Origin: a virus
Taxonomy: Duplodnaviria; Caudoviricetes
DNA length: 64,000 nt
Strand: one strand, 5' to 3'
IMG/VR virus record: IMGVR_UViG_3300031760_000042
Coordinates: 6,500-70,499 of that record
A program made the position numbers and the translations under genes. The notes under the pieces were generated by a model. That model saw only the letters and a program-made list of their open reading frames with translations. It was not told the DNA's origin and did no database searches. Shown here one piece after another: positions 46,012 to 56,133 of the stretch. Numbering within the stretch: position 1 is the first letter of the stretch; every line of letters begins with the position of its first letter.

Positions 46012-49000
46012 CAGATCCCCCTTTCATTCCTAACACGTAATCTTCCAAATGCCTGGTCCATTGGCTCAACGATACTTCCGACCAGAGTGCCAGTATCCAT
46101 AACAATCTGAAGTTCTCTGATTGCATTAGCCATTTCGTGCATGTCGCTTCTTAGATCTGAGATAGACCTTACGACGTCACGGTTGTTTACAACTAGTCCA
46201 TTTTGATTTCTTGAAAAGACTGAATTTGCCCCATAACTTGCGGAAGCAGCAAGAGCAATACTTCGGTCAGAATTAATCATCGAATTAAGGTCATTCACAC
46301 CAGCCGACACATTTGACAAATCAAGAACCGGTCTGATCGTCGGATCACTGTCCATGCCGTTTTCGATGAGGTTGGTAATGCTCGATACGGCGTTTCTCAT
46401 GCTGTCAAGCGTTCCTTCACCAAACTCATCAGCAGCATTTATGGCTTCACCAGCTACGGCACGAATACCATTTGCGAAACCGATTACGACGTACTTACCA
46501 AATCCATAAGTGACTTTGGATGGTGATTTTTCGTCGAAGATTTCGGCTATGCGTTTTCTAACCGCAGTGAACGTGTTGTCCGTAGCAGTCTTAAGGTTCT
46601 TAAATGTTTCTGAGTCTTCGATACCCCTTTTAAGACCGTTGAGAATATTCTTACCTGCTTCTGTGAAACCACTGACATCGATTTCTTTGAGTTTATCGAT
46701 TATACCGTTGAATTTCTCTTTAAGAGAATCTTTGACGTTGTCGATACCACCCTTAATATTCTCGATGATCTCTTTGCCTTTGTTGAAGAAATCGGCGAGT
46801 TTCTCTTTAACAGCGTCGACTAACTGCTGAGCGATTTCTTTTATCTTATTAACGACAGCGTCGACCATGAACACAAGTCCGTTTATAAGACCCTCAATCA
46901 GATTAACACCGATGTCCTGAAATACTGTAGACGGTGAATGAATACCAAAGAATGTCAACACCGCATCGAGCATTGACCGTAACAGATTTAAAAGTGCTTC
47001 TCTCAACCGTATAATATTATCTTCGTTTCCAAATGCCGCCGCCAATCCTTCAATCAGATTTATTACTACGTTCCAGCCGGCCTGAACAATATCACCCATT
47101 TTCTGAGAGATACCGTCTATGAATCCTAATATAATGTTGACACCAGCCTGTGTGAAATCTGAAATATGCTCACCGAGATAGGTAAGGAGTGATAATATCA
47201 TTGACCCAACAGAATCGAGTATGGATGGGAAATGTTCAGCCAGCTTGACCAGAAATTCATCGAGGAGCACCATGATGGTTTCCATAAGTTTCGGTGCTTC
47301 TTTCTGAATGAACTCTAAAATAGCATCTACAATCTTACCAAGAACCTTTATGATTTTAGGAAGTTCGCCGGCGATTCCAGTAATAAAATGTACTATAGAG
47401 TTAACAAAAGCGACCGCTATTGTAGGAAACAAATCAATCAACTCTGCCACGAGTGATCCTATCGCTCCCGTTGCAACGACAAGACCTGTCGCCAACGCTG
47501 GTAGTGCCGCAGCAAGCATTGACAATCCGACACCGGCTAAAGCCACACCGCTTCCAATAAGGGTTAACGCTGCACCAAGACCGAGAAGTACTGGTACTAT
47601 CGGAGCTAATATAAGAGCGGCTGCTCCTAATACACCGAATGTGGCAGCAATACCAATAAGCCCCTTTGCTATTTCACCAATACTCATCTGTGAAAATGTC
47701 TTAAGTGGAACTAACATCATGTTTAATCCCTGAGCTATAAGGATCATCGCAATGCCACCGCCGATACTACCCTGCATGAAATTCATAGCAACGGTTATCT
47801 CAGCAAGAGCGACGCCCAATGTTATTAACCCCTTAGCAATCTCCGTGACACTCATTTGAGAGAATGTCTGAATTGGTTCGACCAACATTTTTAGAGCTTG
47901 AGCTATTAGAACAAGGCCAACGCTATCCATTACTCCAAACTCTTTAAAATTGGCTGTGTTGAGAAATATAACCAATCCGGCTAATATAGCACCGAGACCA
48001 AGTAAGCCCGTACCTAATTGTTTCAGATCAAGCTGGCCCATGCTTATAACGGCGTCAGATATCATTCTAATAGACTCGGCCAACATCATGATAGACAGAC
48101 CGGCACGAATTCCCATGTCATCAAGACCGCCACTCTTGTTCACGGTGTTCATGAACAAGACCAACCCAGCGATTATTCCGGCGAAACCAAGTAATCCAGT
48201 ACCAAGCTGTTCTAAATTCAAGCCAGCAAGATCCAATATAGCATCAGCTATCATCTTGATTGCTTCTGCCACAAATATAACAGCAAACGCACCCGCAACG
48301 TCGGCTTTGTATAATTTTCCTTTGTCAAGAAATAGAGTTAAACCGGCAAGTATTGCCCCAAAACCGACAAGACCTTTGGCTAACGACTGCCAATCGAGCT
48401 CTCCCATTTTGATAATAGCGTTGACCATTATCGATATAGCTATAGCCAACTCCATCATCATTGTTCCGGCAGCACCAGCACCGGCCATCTTTTTAACATC
48501 GAGTAAGCCTGTGATGTTCGCCATCATCTTCGAAAGCATGAGTGACAACAGACCCATTGCGGCTAAAGCGGTTGCTAATTTCTTGGAGTCCATAAGAGCT
48601 AACGCGATTAAAGCTCCTGCGAGAATCATTACCGCAGCAGCTATTTTTATAAGAATATTCACTTTTAAACTCTTCTGATAAATCTCGAGAATAACTCGTA
48701 CCTGGTCGAGAGTCTTTCCGGCGGATTTAAATGCCGAAGCAAAGTCTGCGATTCCCTTACTTGTACTGTCTACCAAATCAGCAAACTTTTTAATAAAAAG
48801 GATAATCGCTCCGGTGTTAACCAAATCAACGAGTTTGTCAAAGTCAACATTCTTAAGCGATTTCGCAAAGTTAACAGCCAAGGTTCCAAACAGACCCATG
48901 AACTTCGATATGCCTGTGGCTATTAACGGAAGACCGCCGACAACAATATCTTTGGCTTTAGTAATAAGCCACCCTATTGCATCAAATATCAGCTGAACAG

Positions 49001-50810
49001 GATGTAGTCTCTCTCTAACTTTCTCAGAGAAGGTTTCGAATCCACTGAGATCGAGATCTTTAAACCGTTCTACAGCGTCTTTCAAACTGTCAACCGCTTT
49101 AGCTACGGATTCTTTAACCTCGTTAATATAAGGAACGGCTTCTTCGTCGATATGTCTAAGTTTTACTATTAGCTGTTCGATGAATCCTATAATTGCGTCT
49201 TCGGCAACTTTTACGTATGGAAGAACGGTGTCTGCTAACTCGCCAAACTTAGATAACGCTAACTGAACGCCATCAGTAATCTTGCTATCGACAATTCCTT
49301 TAATTGCGTCACGACTTGTATAAAGCTTCTCTCCAAGAGGTCCTAATTTGGTAAGGAGTTCGTCGACCAGATGCAACGCCACTTTAGCAACAGGCTCGAC
49401 ATAACCAAAAAGCGTCCCAAAGGTGTGAATAATAATATCAAGTACTGAGAATAACCCATGGAACGTCGATTTTATATTATTGATTTGCTTATCGCCAAGG
49501 GCGAATTTAGACGTAAGTTGCTGAAAACTCTTACTGATTTTAACAAGTTGTTCTGCGGTTGTCGGAGGAAAAATATCACGAAAAGCTTCTTTAATCGGCT
49601 TTACTATTGACAAAATACCGTTTAACGTATTCTTTATTCCAGCAATGGCCGCCGCTCTGCCTCCGAGTTCATCACTAGCCCAGCCGGTTAATAGCGCGTT
49701 TCTAGCATCCGACATTCGACTTATAAAGCCGTTTATAAAATTATAAATGCCGGTCCAAAGATCCTTGGCGGTATAATAATCGCCAAATACTATTTCCCAG
49801 GTCTGTGCCCATCCAGAACCAACAGATTCCCTTAGAGTATCCATCATCTGAGAAAAGGTTTTTACCTCGGTTGCGGCTTTAAAAGCTTTTTCTCCTAACG
49901 GATCGAGTTCGTTTGCGTATCGACCAAGGGTGTCGACAAGAACGTCAGCAGTCATCCATTGGTATGCTAATGACTCATTCCAATGCTGACTCGCGTTTAT
50001 TACTCCGTCAAACAGCTTACCTTGGTTGTTCGTAGTAAGAATCGTGTATGTTCCATCTAAATTTTTAGCAAGCGTTCCAGCTTTTTCTCCTGCTTCTAGT
50101 AACGCTTCTTTGAATTCGACGGTGTCCATTGTGGCATATTGGATGGACTTCCAGTCAAGCAACTGAACGTATCCGGACGACAACGCCTGTGCAAAGTTGT
50201 ACATAGCGTGAGACGCCTGTGTAGCATTTGCTCCGGAAAGAGCGGCTTCGTTTGAGATACCCTGAATAGCAGCAACAGCCCGGTCGAGATCTACACCAGC
50301 ATTTGTAAATTTACTGATGTTAGATGTCATATCAGAAAACGAATATATTGTTTTGTCGGCATACGTATTTAACTCTTCGAGTTTCTGTTTTACAACATCC
50401 AGACCAACCGAATTACCGTCAGCGTCACGGGCACTGTTAAGAATGTTTTGAACGGAGTTTATTTTGAGTTCGTACTCGTCGAAACCATCCTTTATTGGGT
50501 CTATACTAAGCGACCTAATCATCTGCTCGCCGGTCTGTATCGCCTGAGCACCAATGCTTTCGAGAGCCCCGGTACAAATACGACCCATAACCGAAAAGTT
50601 ATTGTTGACGCTATCAACCGCCGAAAGAAGGGGCTGAAGGTTGAACCCTTTTACAGAATTACCAACCTCGGAAAGTCCTTTGGAGGCGCCTTTAAAACTT
50701 AAAGCCGACTTAAGTTTATCAAGCGTTGACATACTCGTAGACGCATTTTTCTCGAAGTCTTTATTGTCGAACTTCATAGAGACTATACGTTCTTCGATTG
50801 TTTTGCTCAT
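46011..50810 (-). CDS. Tape measure protein
   Basis: 1599 aa; LNTYADKTIYSF...NEAALSG tape-measure domain; long Ala/Gly/Leu repeats; HSPS motif. Confidence 0.95.
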   Translation of the reverse strand: MSKTIEERIVSMKFDNKDFEKNASTSMSTLDKLKSALSFKGASKGLSEVGNSVKGFNLQPLLSAVDSVNNNFSVMGRICTGALESIGAQAIQTGEQMIRSLSIDPIKDGFDEYELKINSVQNILNSARDADGNSVGLDVVKQKLEELNTYADKTIYSFSDMTSNISKFTNAGVDLDRAVAAIQGISNEAALSGANATQASHAMYNFAQALSSGYVQLLDWKSIQYATMDTVEFKEALLEAGEKAGTLAKNLDGTYTILTTNNQGKLFDGVINASQHWNESLAYQWMTADVLVDTLGRYANELDPLGEKAFKAATEVKTFSQMMDTLRESVGSGWAQTWEIVFGDYYTAKDLWTGIYNFINGFISRMSDARNALLTGWASDELGGRAAAIAGIKNTLNGILSIVKPIKEAFRDIFPPTTAEQLVKISKSFQQLTSKFALGDKQINNIKSTFHGLFSVLDIIIHTFGTLFGYVEPVAKVALHLVDELLTKLGPLGEKLYTSRDAIKGIVDSKITDGVQLALSKFGELADTVLPYVKVAEDAIIGFIEQLIVKLRHIDEEAVPYINEVKESVAKAVDSLKDAVERFKDLDLSGFETFSEKVRERLHPVQLIFDAIGWLITKAKDIVVGGLPLIATGISKFMGLFGTLAVNFAKSLKNVDFDKLVDLVNTGAIILFIKKFADLVDSTSKGIADFASAFKSAGKTLDQVRVILEIYQKSLKVNILIKIAAAVMILAGALIALALMDSKKLATALAAMGLLSLMLSKMMANITGLLDVKKMAGAGAAGTMMMELAIAISIMVNAIIKMGELDWQSLAKGLVGFGAILAGLTLFLDKGKLYKADVAGAFAVIFVAEAIKMIADAILDLAGLNLEQLGTGLLGFAGIIAGLVLFMNTVNKSGGLDDMGIRAGLSIMMLAESIRMISDAVISMGQLDLKQLGTGLLGLGAILAGLVIFLNTANFKEFGVMDSVGLVLIAQALKMLVEPIQTFSQMSVTEIAKGLITLGVALAEITVAMNFMQGSIGGGIAMILIAQGLNMMLVPLKTFSQMSIGEIAKGLIGIAATFGVLGAAALILAPIVPVLLGLGAALTLIGSGVALAGVGLSMLAAALPALATGLVVATGAIGSLVAELIDLFPTIAVAFVNSIVHFITGIAGELPKIIKVLGKIVDAILEFIQKEAPKLMETIMVLLDEFLVKLAEHFPSILDSVGSMILSLLTYLGEHISDFTQAGVNIILGFIDGISQKMGDIVQAGWNVVINLIEGLAAAFGNEDNIIRLREALLNLLRSMLDAVLTFFGIHSPSTVFQDIGVNLIEGLINGLVFMVDAVVNKIKEIAQQLVDAVKEKLADFFNKGKEIIENIKGGIDNVKDSLKEKFNGIIDKLKEIDVSGFTEAGKNILNGLKRGIEDSETFKNLKTATDNTFTAVRKRIAEIFDEKSPSKVTYGFGKYVVIGFANGIRAVAGEAINAADEFGEGTLDSMRNAVSSITNLIENGMDSDPTIRPVLDLSNVSAGVNDLNSMINSDRSIALAASASYGANSVFSRNQNGLVVNNRDVVRSISDLRSDMHEMANAIRELQIVMDTGTLVGSIVEPMDQAFGRLRVRNERGI

Positions 50811-51184
50811 ACTTTAGACACCTCCCTCGTTAATTCGTCAACCAATCGATCAAACACTGGTTGTAAAGCCGGATTTATGTAATCTCGACCCTCTATCCAT
50901 CCGCCATTTCTCGTGCCGTGTCCGTATTGTAAGATCACAGCAATACTTACACCATCAACGACGTTAGAGTTGTAAAAGGAAAGGGTGGCCGAGTTCTTTT
51001 TCCAAGTAATTTTATAAGACCACGATCGAGCAGTCTCCCCTGTGTCAACCGGGGTTGCCTCAGAAAGAACTTTCACACCCTCTCTTCCGTATTTGTCAAG
51101 GATTCCAAGCCTCATTGTTTCTTTAAGTCGCTCGATAAATCCTCTGGTTTTTGTGAAATCTCCATCTGCGCTTAATGTGATCAT
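50807..51184 (-). CDS. HK97 gp10-like tail completion protein
   Basis: TPVDTGETARSW...QYGHGTRNGG...RDYINPAL. Confidence 0.8.
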   Translation of the reverse strand: MITLSADGDFTKTRGFIERLKETMRLGILDKYGREGVKVLSEATPVDTGETARSWSYKITWKKNSATLSFYNSNVVDGVSIAVILQYGHGTRNGGWIEGRDYINPALQPVFDRLVDELTREVSKV

Positions 51185-51187
51185 CGA

Positions 51188-51730
51188 TTATCCCTTTGTG
51201 TTAAACCGGGCTTTGTTCGCCTCGTTTATGGCGGCATACTCGTTTAAAACATCGCGCTGGCTTCTCTTCTTTGGCTTTTGATTCTTGATTTCACAGATTC
51301 TTATAAGTGTTATAAGCCTGTTCAAATGCCACTTTTGACATTCAAACGGGATTCGAAATGCCACCATCCAGTAATAAATCAGCTCAGCAGTCACCTGTTC
51401 ACGACTTCTCCTTGCCGGGCCTCTGCTTTTTATCGTGGTGGCGGTGTGCGGAGAATTCATATAATCGGTTATCTCCTGAATGTTCTGTCTGGTCAGACAG
51501 TAGTAAATATTCGGATCGACATTCTGTGTGATCGTCATGCAACGGAAATAATCGATCAATTCTTCGTCTGTTTTATCAGCATTTGTCAGGAAAGGTTTAC
51601 ACCATTTTGATTCCCACTTGGAGAGTGAGACGAGAGAGTGTTCGAGTGTTATGGTTCGTTCTTTCATATAGATAAACCGCTCGTGTCTCTCGTCCCAAAA
51701 CTCTCCTCCTGGAATAGTTATCGTTAACAA
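51188..51730 (-). CDS. Tail assembly chaperone (second)
   Basis: Position before TMP; LEHSLVSLSKWESKW...WHLNRL.TLI. Confidence 0.7.
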   Translation of the reverse strand: MLTITIPGGEFWDERHERFIYMKERTITLEHSLVSLSKWESKWCKPFLTNADKTDEELIDYFRCMTITQNVDPNIYYCLTRQNIQEITDYMNSPHTATTIKSRGPARRSREQVTAELIYYWMVAFRIPFECQKWHLNRLITLIRICEIKNQKPKKRSQRDVLNEYAAINEANKARFNTKG

Positions 51731-51731
51731 A

Positions 51732-52136
51732 CTACTTCACCGAAGAAAGTTCCTGAGCCTTAGCTGCTGTTTCAGCCATGTCTTTCGGAAGTACTCCCGT
51801 GACAAAGTCGGCAGCAGCTTTTTCGTCAGTGATAAGCTCCATGTAAAGTTCGGAATATGCCTCTGTTGATGTAAACCTCTTTGTAATCTCAGGAGACTTG
51901 TTAAACTCTCTGCCATCTGCTGATTTTTCGCCATAAGAAGCCAGAATAAACTGTTTAAAAGTCTCGGCAATGGTCGGACCGTCCTTCTCAGAAACAATCC
52001 GGTTAAGCATCGCCGAGTAGCCACCCTGTACACCCATTTCCATTTCTGCTATTTCGGCTTTTGTCAGATTGAAGTAGAAATCTTCTTCCCTCTCGTTGCC
52101 GTCGAAGTCAGAATATTTAATGGTCTTTTTTAACAT
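51732..52136 (-). CDS. Tail assembly chaperone
   Basis: MLKKTIKY.DFDG.ER.EDFYFNLTK...SYGEKS.DG..F.KS. Confidence 0.75.
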   Translation of the reverse strand: MLKKTIKYSDFDGNEREEDFYFNLTKAEIAEMEMGVQGGYSAMLNRIVSEKDGPTIAETFKQFILASYGEKSADGREFNKSPEITKRFTSTEAYSELYMELITDEKAAADFVTGVLPKDMAETAAKAQELSSVK

Positions 52137-52162
52137 TGTTTTACTCCTTTCGTTTTAGATTA

Positions 52163-52858
52163 TTAGCCCTGTGCGGTGAAGTGTGCGATGACCTGTGTTG
52201 GGGTCATGAGTCTCGAAGTAGCACCCTCGGCTTCTCCGCCATAGAGAGCCGTTTCAAATGACGTGAGTTTCGTAGCATTAACCTTTGTAGAGTCGATGAT
52301 GATGTGAGCTGTTGGTTTGTAACCAGGGACTTCAACAGGAGTTGTTGAAATCTCCCACGAAAGAGTCATTGCTTCCGGGCTGTCATTGATAGTGTTGTAG
52401 TCTTTTGAAGACGGAGCAGCAGTACAGCCATATACAAGGTGAATCTTATAACCCTTGTTAGTACCATCTGTGTCGTTTCCGATCCTCGTGACATAACTGA
52501 ACCCGAATGTTTTACGAGGCTGCTGAGTGACATAAACACCATCAGCCAGAGAAGCAGTACCGTCACATTCCGCAAACTCATCGGGTCTTGTGTAAGCTTC
52601 GACTGTTGCTGAGTAGTCTTCCGCGGAAATCATGTTCAGATACTTAATATTATCCGCCCAAAGAGTAGTAGTCTCTGCTCCAGACGGGTTCTCAGAAACA
52701 CTGGTAAGACCGTTCCACGCCACACCAGTGCCGTAAGCGTTGTTGTCATACACGAAAAGAACGCCCTTCTCTACACCAGTTTCGTAGAAACGTTCTCCTA
52801 CAGCATCCCATGTAAGTTTTGGCATATAGTACCTCCTAATAGAATACTCTAAATACAA
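52163..52858 (-). CDS. Major tail protein
   Basis: W...GERFYETGV.KGVL...AWNGLTSVSE.PSG...ADNIKY; likely start MPKLTW. Confidence 0.9.
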   Translation of the reverse strand: MYLEYSIRRYYMPKLTWDAVGERFYETGVEKGVLFVYDNNAYGTGVAWNGLTSVSENPSGAETTTLWADNIKYLNMISAEDYSATVEAYTRPDEFAECDGTASLADGVYVTQQPRKTFGFSYVTRIGNDTDGTNKGYKIHLVYGCTAAPSSKDYNTINDSPEAMTLSWEISTTPVEVPGYKPTAHIIIDSTKVNATKLTSFETALYGGEAEGATSRLMTPTQVIAHFTAQG

Positions 52859-53162
52859 AATGATTCAGGTGATCTGCTGCGTAAGCCCGTTCAAACGCGC
52901 AAAACTGCAAATCAGACACCTTATCTGCTATTACACTATCCGGATCTTTGTCGATAACCGTCACCATGTAAGCTTTGTTGTGTGCGTATCGGATGTTATC
53001 AGCCTTGAAATCATCTATGTCGGTCAGCGAGTATACGATAGCCGGATAGTGCATTTTAAGTGTCGCTGGGGGCTGAAAGTACACCTCAGTGCTCCCGAGA
53101 ATATCTTCCAGAATGTACTGAAGTTCCACTCGGTCTCTGCTAGACATTGAACACACCCCCAA
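52836..53162 (-). CDS. Tail terminator / completion protein
   Basis: VYFQPP..LKM.YPAIVY...Y.VTVID.DPDS...FDRAY.AD.LNH.VF. Confidence 0.8.
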   Translation of the reverse strand: MGVCSMSSRDRVELQYILEDILGSTEVYFQPPATLKMHYPAIVYSLTDIDDFKADNIRYAHNKAYMVTVIDKDPDSVIADKVSDLQFCAFERAYAADHLNHFVFRVFY

Positions 53163-53478
53163 GCGATAAAATTAAACGTGGGTACTGGACCTCGACAGAT
53201 GTAACCCGCCAGGCAGTACCCATGTATTTGACATATCTGATAGCATGAAAATTCTCAGTGACGAAAGGATCGGCGATAATACTGATCTGATTCGATATGG
53301 AAATATCTTCATTGACTTTGTTATCAGCTTGTAAGCTTCGAGTGTTTCTTATTACGTCTCCGGAATAGTACTGTTCGTGGTATACTTCAGCAGTAACCCC
53401 TCGTTTGTATTGAGTCGTGACCTCAAAGCCCTCTATCCCGGAAACGTCGAAACCCACGACTCCGTAAAATTTCGCCAT
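53140..53478 (-). CDS. Head closure (stopper) protein
   Basis: MAKFYG.VGF...YSGDVIRN...SN.ISIIADPF...IRYV.YMG..W.V. Confidence 0.8.
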   Translation of the reverse strand: MAKFYGVVGFDVSGIEGFEVTTQYKRGVTAEVYHEQYYSGDVIRNTRSLQADNKVNEDISISNQISIIADPFVTENFHAIRYVKYMGTAWRVTSVEVQYPRLILSLGGVFNV

Positions 53479-53497
53479 TTTGAATTTTCTCCTTTAA

Positions 53498-55447
53498 CTA
53501 TGCAGTAACGTCTTCTTCCAGAACAATCGCAGAGTAAATTCTGGTAAGGGCACCAGACAGACGAGTCTCCAGCAGGTACTTCTCTTTGTTGAAGTCGATG
53601 TCGAAGTCGCTGAACTTAGTAACTTCGCCGCCCTTAGTGGAGCCAACCTGATAGTCTGCCAGATTTACAAAGATACCGAGCAGCTTCTTAGTCTTAAGAG
53701 TGTCGGAACCACCTTCGCTAACAGTAACTGTTCTGGTCTGGTCTTCGAACTGTTCAACAGTGTGGATGCTGTTGACGTTGAGAGCCCTTGCGAGATCTGT
53801 TTCAGAATCATAGATTCTTCTACCGTTGAGGTCTCTTGCCAGAAGCATAATGTTCAGCAGGTGCGGAGTGCAGAAGAAGTCTGGCTTACCGCTGCCCTTA
53901 TACTTTTCTCTAAGATAGAGGGACTTAGTGATGATGGCTTCAGCATAAATATAGTTCTCGCCGAAGTGCTTGCTGGTATCATCGCCCTGAAGTTCAGACT
54001 CAGCAGCAGTAAAGTCTACATCACCGTGGATTGTGTAGAGATCTTCGTCAGTCCAGATTGGTCTGATGTGAGATTCCTGAATCTTGTCAGCAGCAGTAGC
54101 AAGTCTGCCATCACCGATGAGAATAGCTCTTGCGATTTCCTCGTTGAGCAGAGTCTTCATTACTTCATACTCGTAAGCTACGATATCGAAGTCTGTAATA
54201 TCGATGATGTCGTCTCTGTGCAGGGAATCCTTGACATAAATAGTCTGTGGATCAGTTGTTCTGGATACCAGAGTAGCGTTCTGCATAGCGATCTTCTGCT
54301 CGCCCTTAGTCTTGTATCCTTCTGCTCTGAGTCTTATGTCACGAATATCCATCTGACGAGTTCTGATACGGCTGATTGGTGATTTACGTACACCGTTCAT
54401 TACTGTGGAAACCCAAGTCTGGTCTCTTGTAATGAGTTCCGGAGCACCCGGATAAACATCTTTGTAGTCCGGGAAGAGCTGAGTAATGCCATCGAATCCG
54501 TGCTGGAGTTCTTCTTCGGACATACCGCTGCTAATATAATCCTTAAGAGTCGCCTGGAAGCTGCCGTTGTTCTTAGCCTGTCTTACGATTTCTTCCTGAT
54601 CGGCGTGAGTGAGATAAAGTTCGTTTCTACCCTCGTTGCTTTCAAATACGTTTCTCTTCATAAAGTCTTCTCCTTCTTCGTCAGAGTGTTTAACTTCTTT
54701 CTGTCCTTCGTTTTCTAAAAGGCTTCCAATAATCGCATAAACCGCGGTCTTCTGCTTTTCGCTTAAGGTGTTAAATACGTCTTCGACGGTCTCTTCGTCG
54801 TCGGATTCTTCGTCTGTTTCGCTCTTATCAGCATGTTCGATTTTGTTGTCGTCAAGCAGAGATCCGATAATTGCATAAACAGCGGTTTTCTGTTTTTCGG
54901 TTAAGGTGTCAAATACATCCTTGACCGTTTCTTCTGAATTATCAGCCTTGTCGGCGTGTTCGATATACTCGTCTTCTGTGTCGTCGTTAGCGTGAGCTAA
55001 CTCAAGGTCAAAGCCAGTATAAATAACTGCAGATTCGCCATCAGTACTATCGTCGCCGTGATACATAACCTCATCAATATAAGCACCGGGATTTGCACCA
55101 GCGTGTACAAGGCTTACTTCCCGGATGTTACCGTGAAGAACTTTGCCTCCGTCCTGTCTAAGCTGATTTGCATAAATAGACAGGGATGTAATATCACCAT
55201 GCTGTACAAGAGCTTTACCAATAACGCCGCTTTCGGTGTCATTAAATGTGCCGAACACTCTTACACCGTCATCAGCGTTCTTAAGCAGGGCGTGTCCTAA
55301 AACATCACCCGGCTCGTCATGTCTATGGTTCCAAACAAGAGGAACCGTCATACCATCGTTGTCTTTAAAGGCATCTTTCATGATAGTACGACCATCTGAG
55401 CATCGAAGATTATTCCTAGTAGCCCATCCTGTAAAATCGTAAGTCAC
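53498..55447 (-). CDS. Prohead protease-scaffold-major capsid fusion (HK97-like)
   Basis: N-terminal PLVWNH...LGHA...SLSIYA...EVSLV..GANPGA protease; acidic repeats; C-terminal capsid domain. Confidence 0.9.
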   Translation of the reverse strand: MTYDFTGWATRNNLRCSDGRTIMKDAFKDNDGMTVPLVWNHRHDEPGDVLGHALLKNADDGVRVFGTFNDTESGVIGKALVQHGDITSLSIYANQLRQDGGKVLHGNIREVSLVHAGANPGAYIDEVMYHGDDSTDGESAVIYTGFDLELAHANDDTEDEYIEHADKADNSEETVKDVFDTLTEKQKTAVYAIIGSLLDDNKIEHADKSETDEESDDEETVEDVFNTLSEKQKTAVYAIIGSLLENEGQKEVKHSDEEGEDFMKRNVFESNEGRNELYLTHADQEEIVRQAKNNGSFQATLKDYISSGMSEEELQHGFDGITQLFPDYKDVYPGAPELITRDQTWVSTVMNGVRKSPISRIRTRQMDIRDIRLRAEGYKTKGEQKIAMQNATLVSRTTDPQTIYVKDSLHRDDIIDITDFDIVAYEYEVMKTLLNEEIARAILIGDGRLATAADKIQESHIRPIWTDEDLYTIHGDVDFTAAESELQGDDTSKHFGENYIYAEAIITKSLYLREKYKGSGKPDFFCTPHLLNIMLLARDLNGRRIYDSETDLARALNVNSIHTVEQFEDQTRTVTVSEGGSDTLKTKKLLGIFVNLADYQVGSTKGGEVTKFSDFDIDFNKEKYLLETRLSGALTRIYSAIVLEEDVTA

Positions 55448-56133
55448 ATTAAACCTCTTTTCTTATACTGTTCAAGAGCACGTGAATCTATTTTCTTGTT
55501 CTTACTACTGCCTGAACCTTTTTCTGTTTTTGCGTACTCAGCCAGTATCTTATCGTATTCGTTTTGATACGTTTCTTCGTATGAGCTGTTAATGCCAGCT
55601 TTCGCTAATTCGAATACGACTCTTGTAGCCTCACAAGCACCTTTTAGTTTAGCGGCAACCTGTTCGCGCTCGACCTTAGCTGCATCGGACTCTGCCCGGT
55701 AATTCTCCCTAAGTTTCTCTTTCTCAGCAGAAACTCGAGCCCGCTCTTCTTTAGAAAGACCCTTGGTAGATATGGACTTTATATGAGCCTGAAGCTGTTT
55801 CAAACGGGCACTGATACGCTCTCTGGCTGCCTTTGCTTCTGCTCGGTGATTCTCAATAGACTGCTTTTTGCTCTCATTCGAAGTCTTAAGATCAGCTTTC
55901 TTATGCTCGGTAATCTGGTCTTTGGTGTATCGCCAAATCTCTTTACCTTCATCGTTCAACTTAGCAGCAGAACGTCCCCCCTTAAGATGCTTATGCTCCT
56001 CATAATACTGGTGCGCCTTTACCGGGTCGTAGTATGGTGAAGCGTAATGTCTTAATCCTCTGCTGTTTAGTACAGCTCGGTAAGCGCCCTCAGAACGAAA
56101 GCCATCTCTTTTGCTTTTATCCATTCTCCTCAC
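55444..56133 (-). CDS. Basic coiled-coil head-region protein
   Basis: LRHYASPYYDPVKAHQYYEEHK then coiled coil. Confidence 0.7.
   Translation of the reverse strand: MRRMDKSKRDGFRSEGAYRAVLNSRGLRHYASPYYDPVKAHQYYEEHKHLKGGRSAAKLNDEGKEIWRYTKDQITEHKKADLKTSNESKKQSIENHRAEAKAARERISARLKQLQAHIKSISTKGLSKEERARVSAEKEKLRENYRAESDAAKVEREQVAAKLKGACEATRVVFELAKAGINSSYEETYQNEYDKILAEYAKTEKGSGSSKNKKIDSRALEQYKKRGLM

Noticed and set aside
51720-51760. Programmed frameshift between the two tail chaperones
   Set aside because: No X XXY YYZ slippery heptamer at the end of the first ORF; the second has a TTG start with a GGTGA SD-like sequence.
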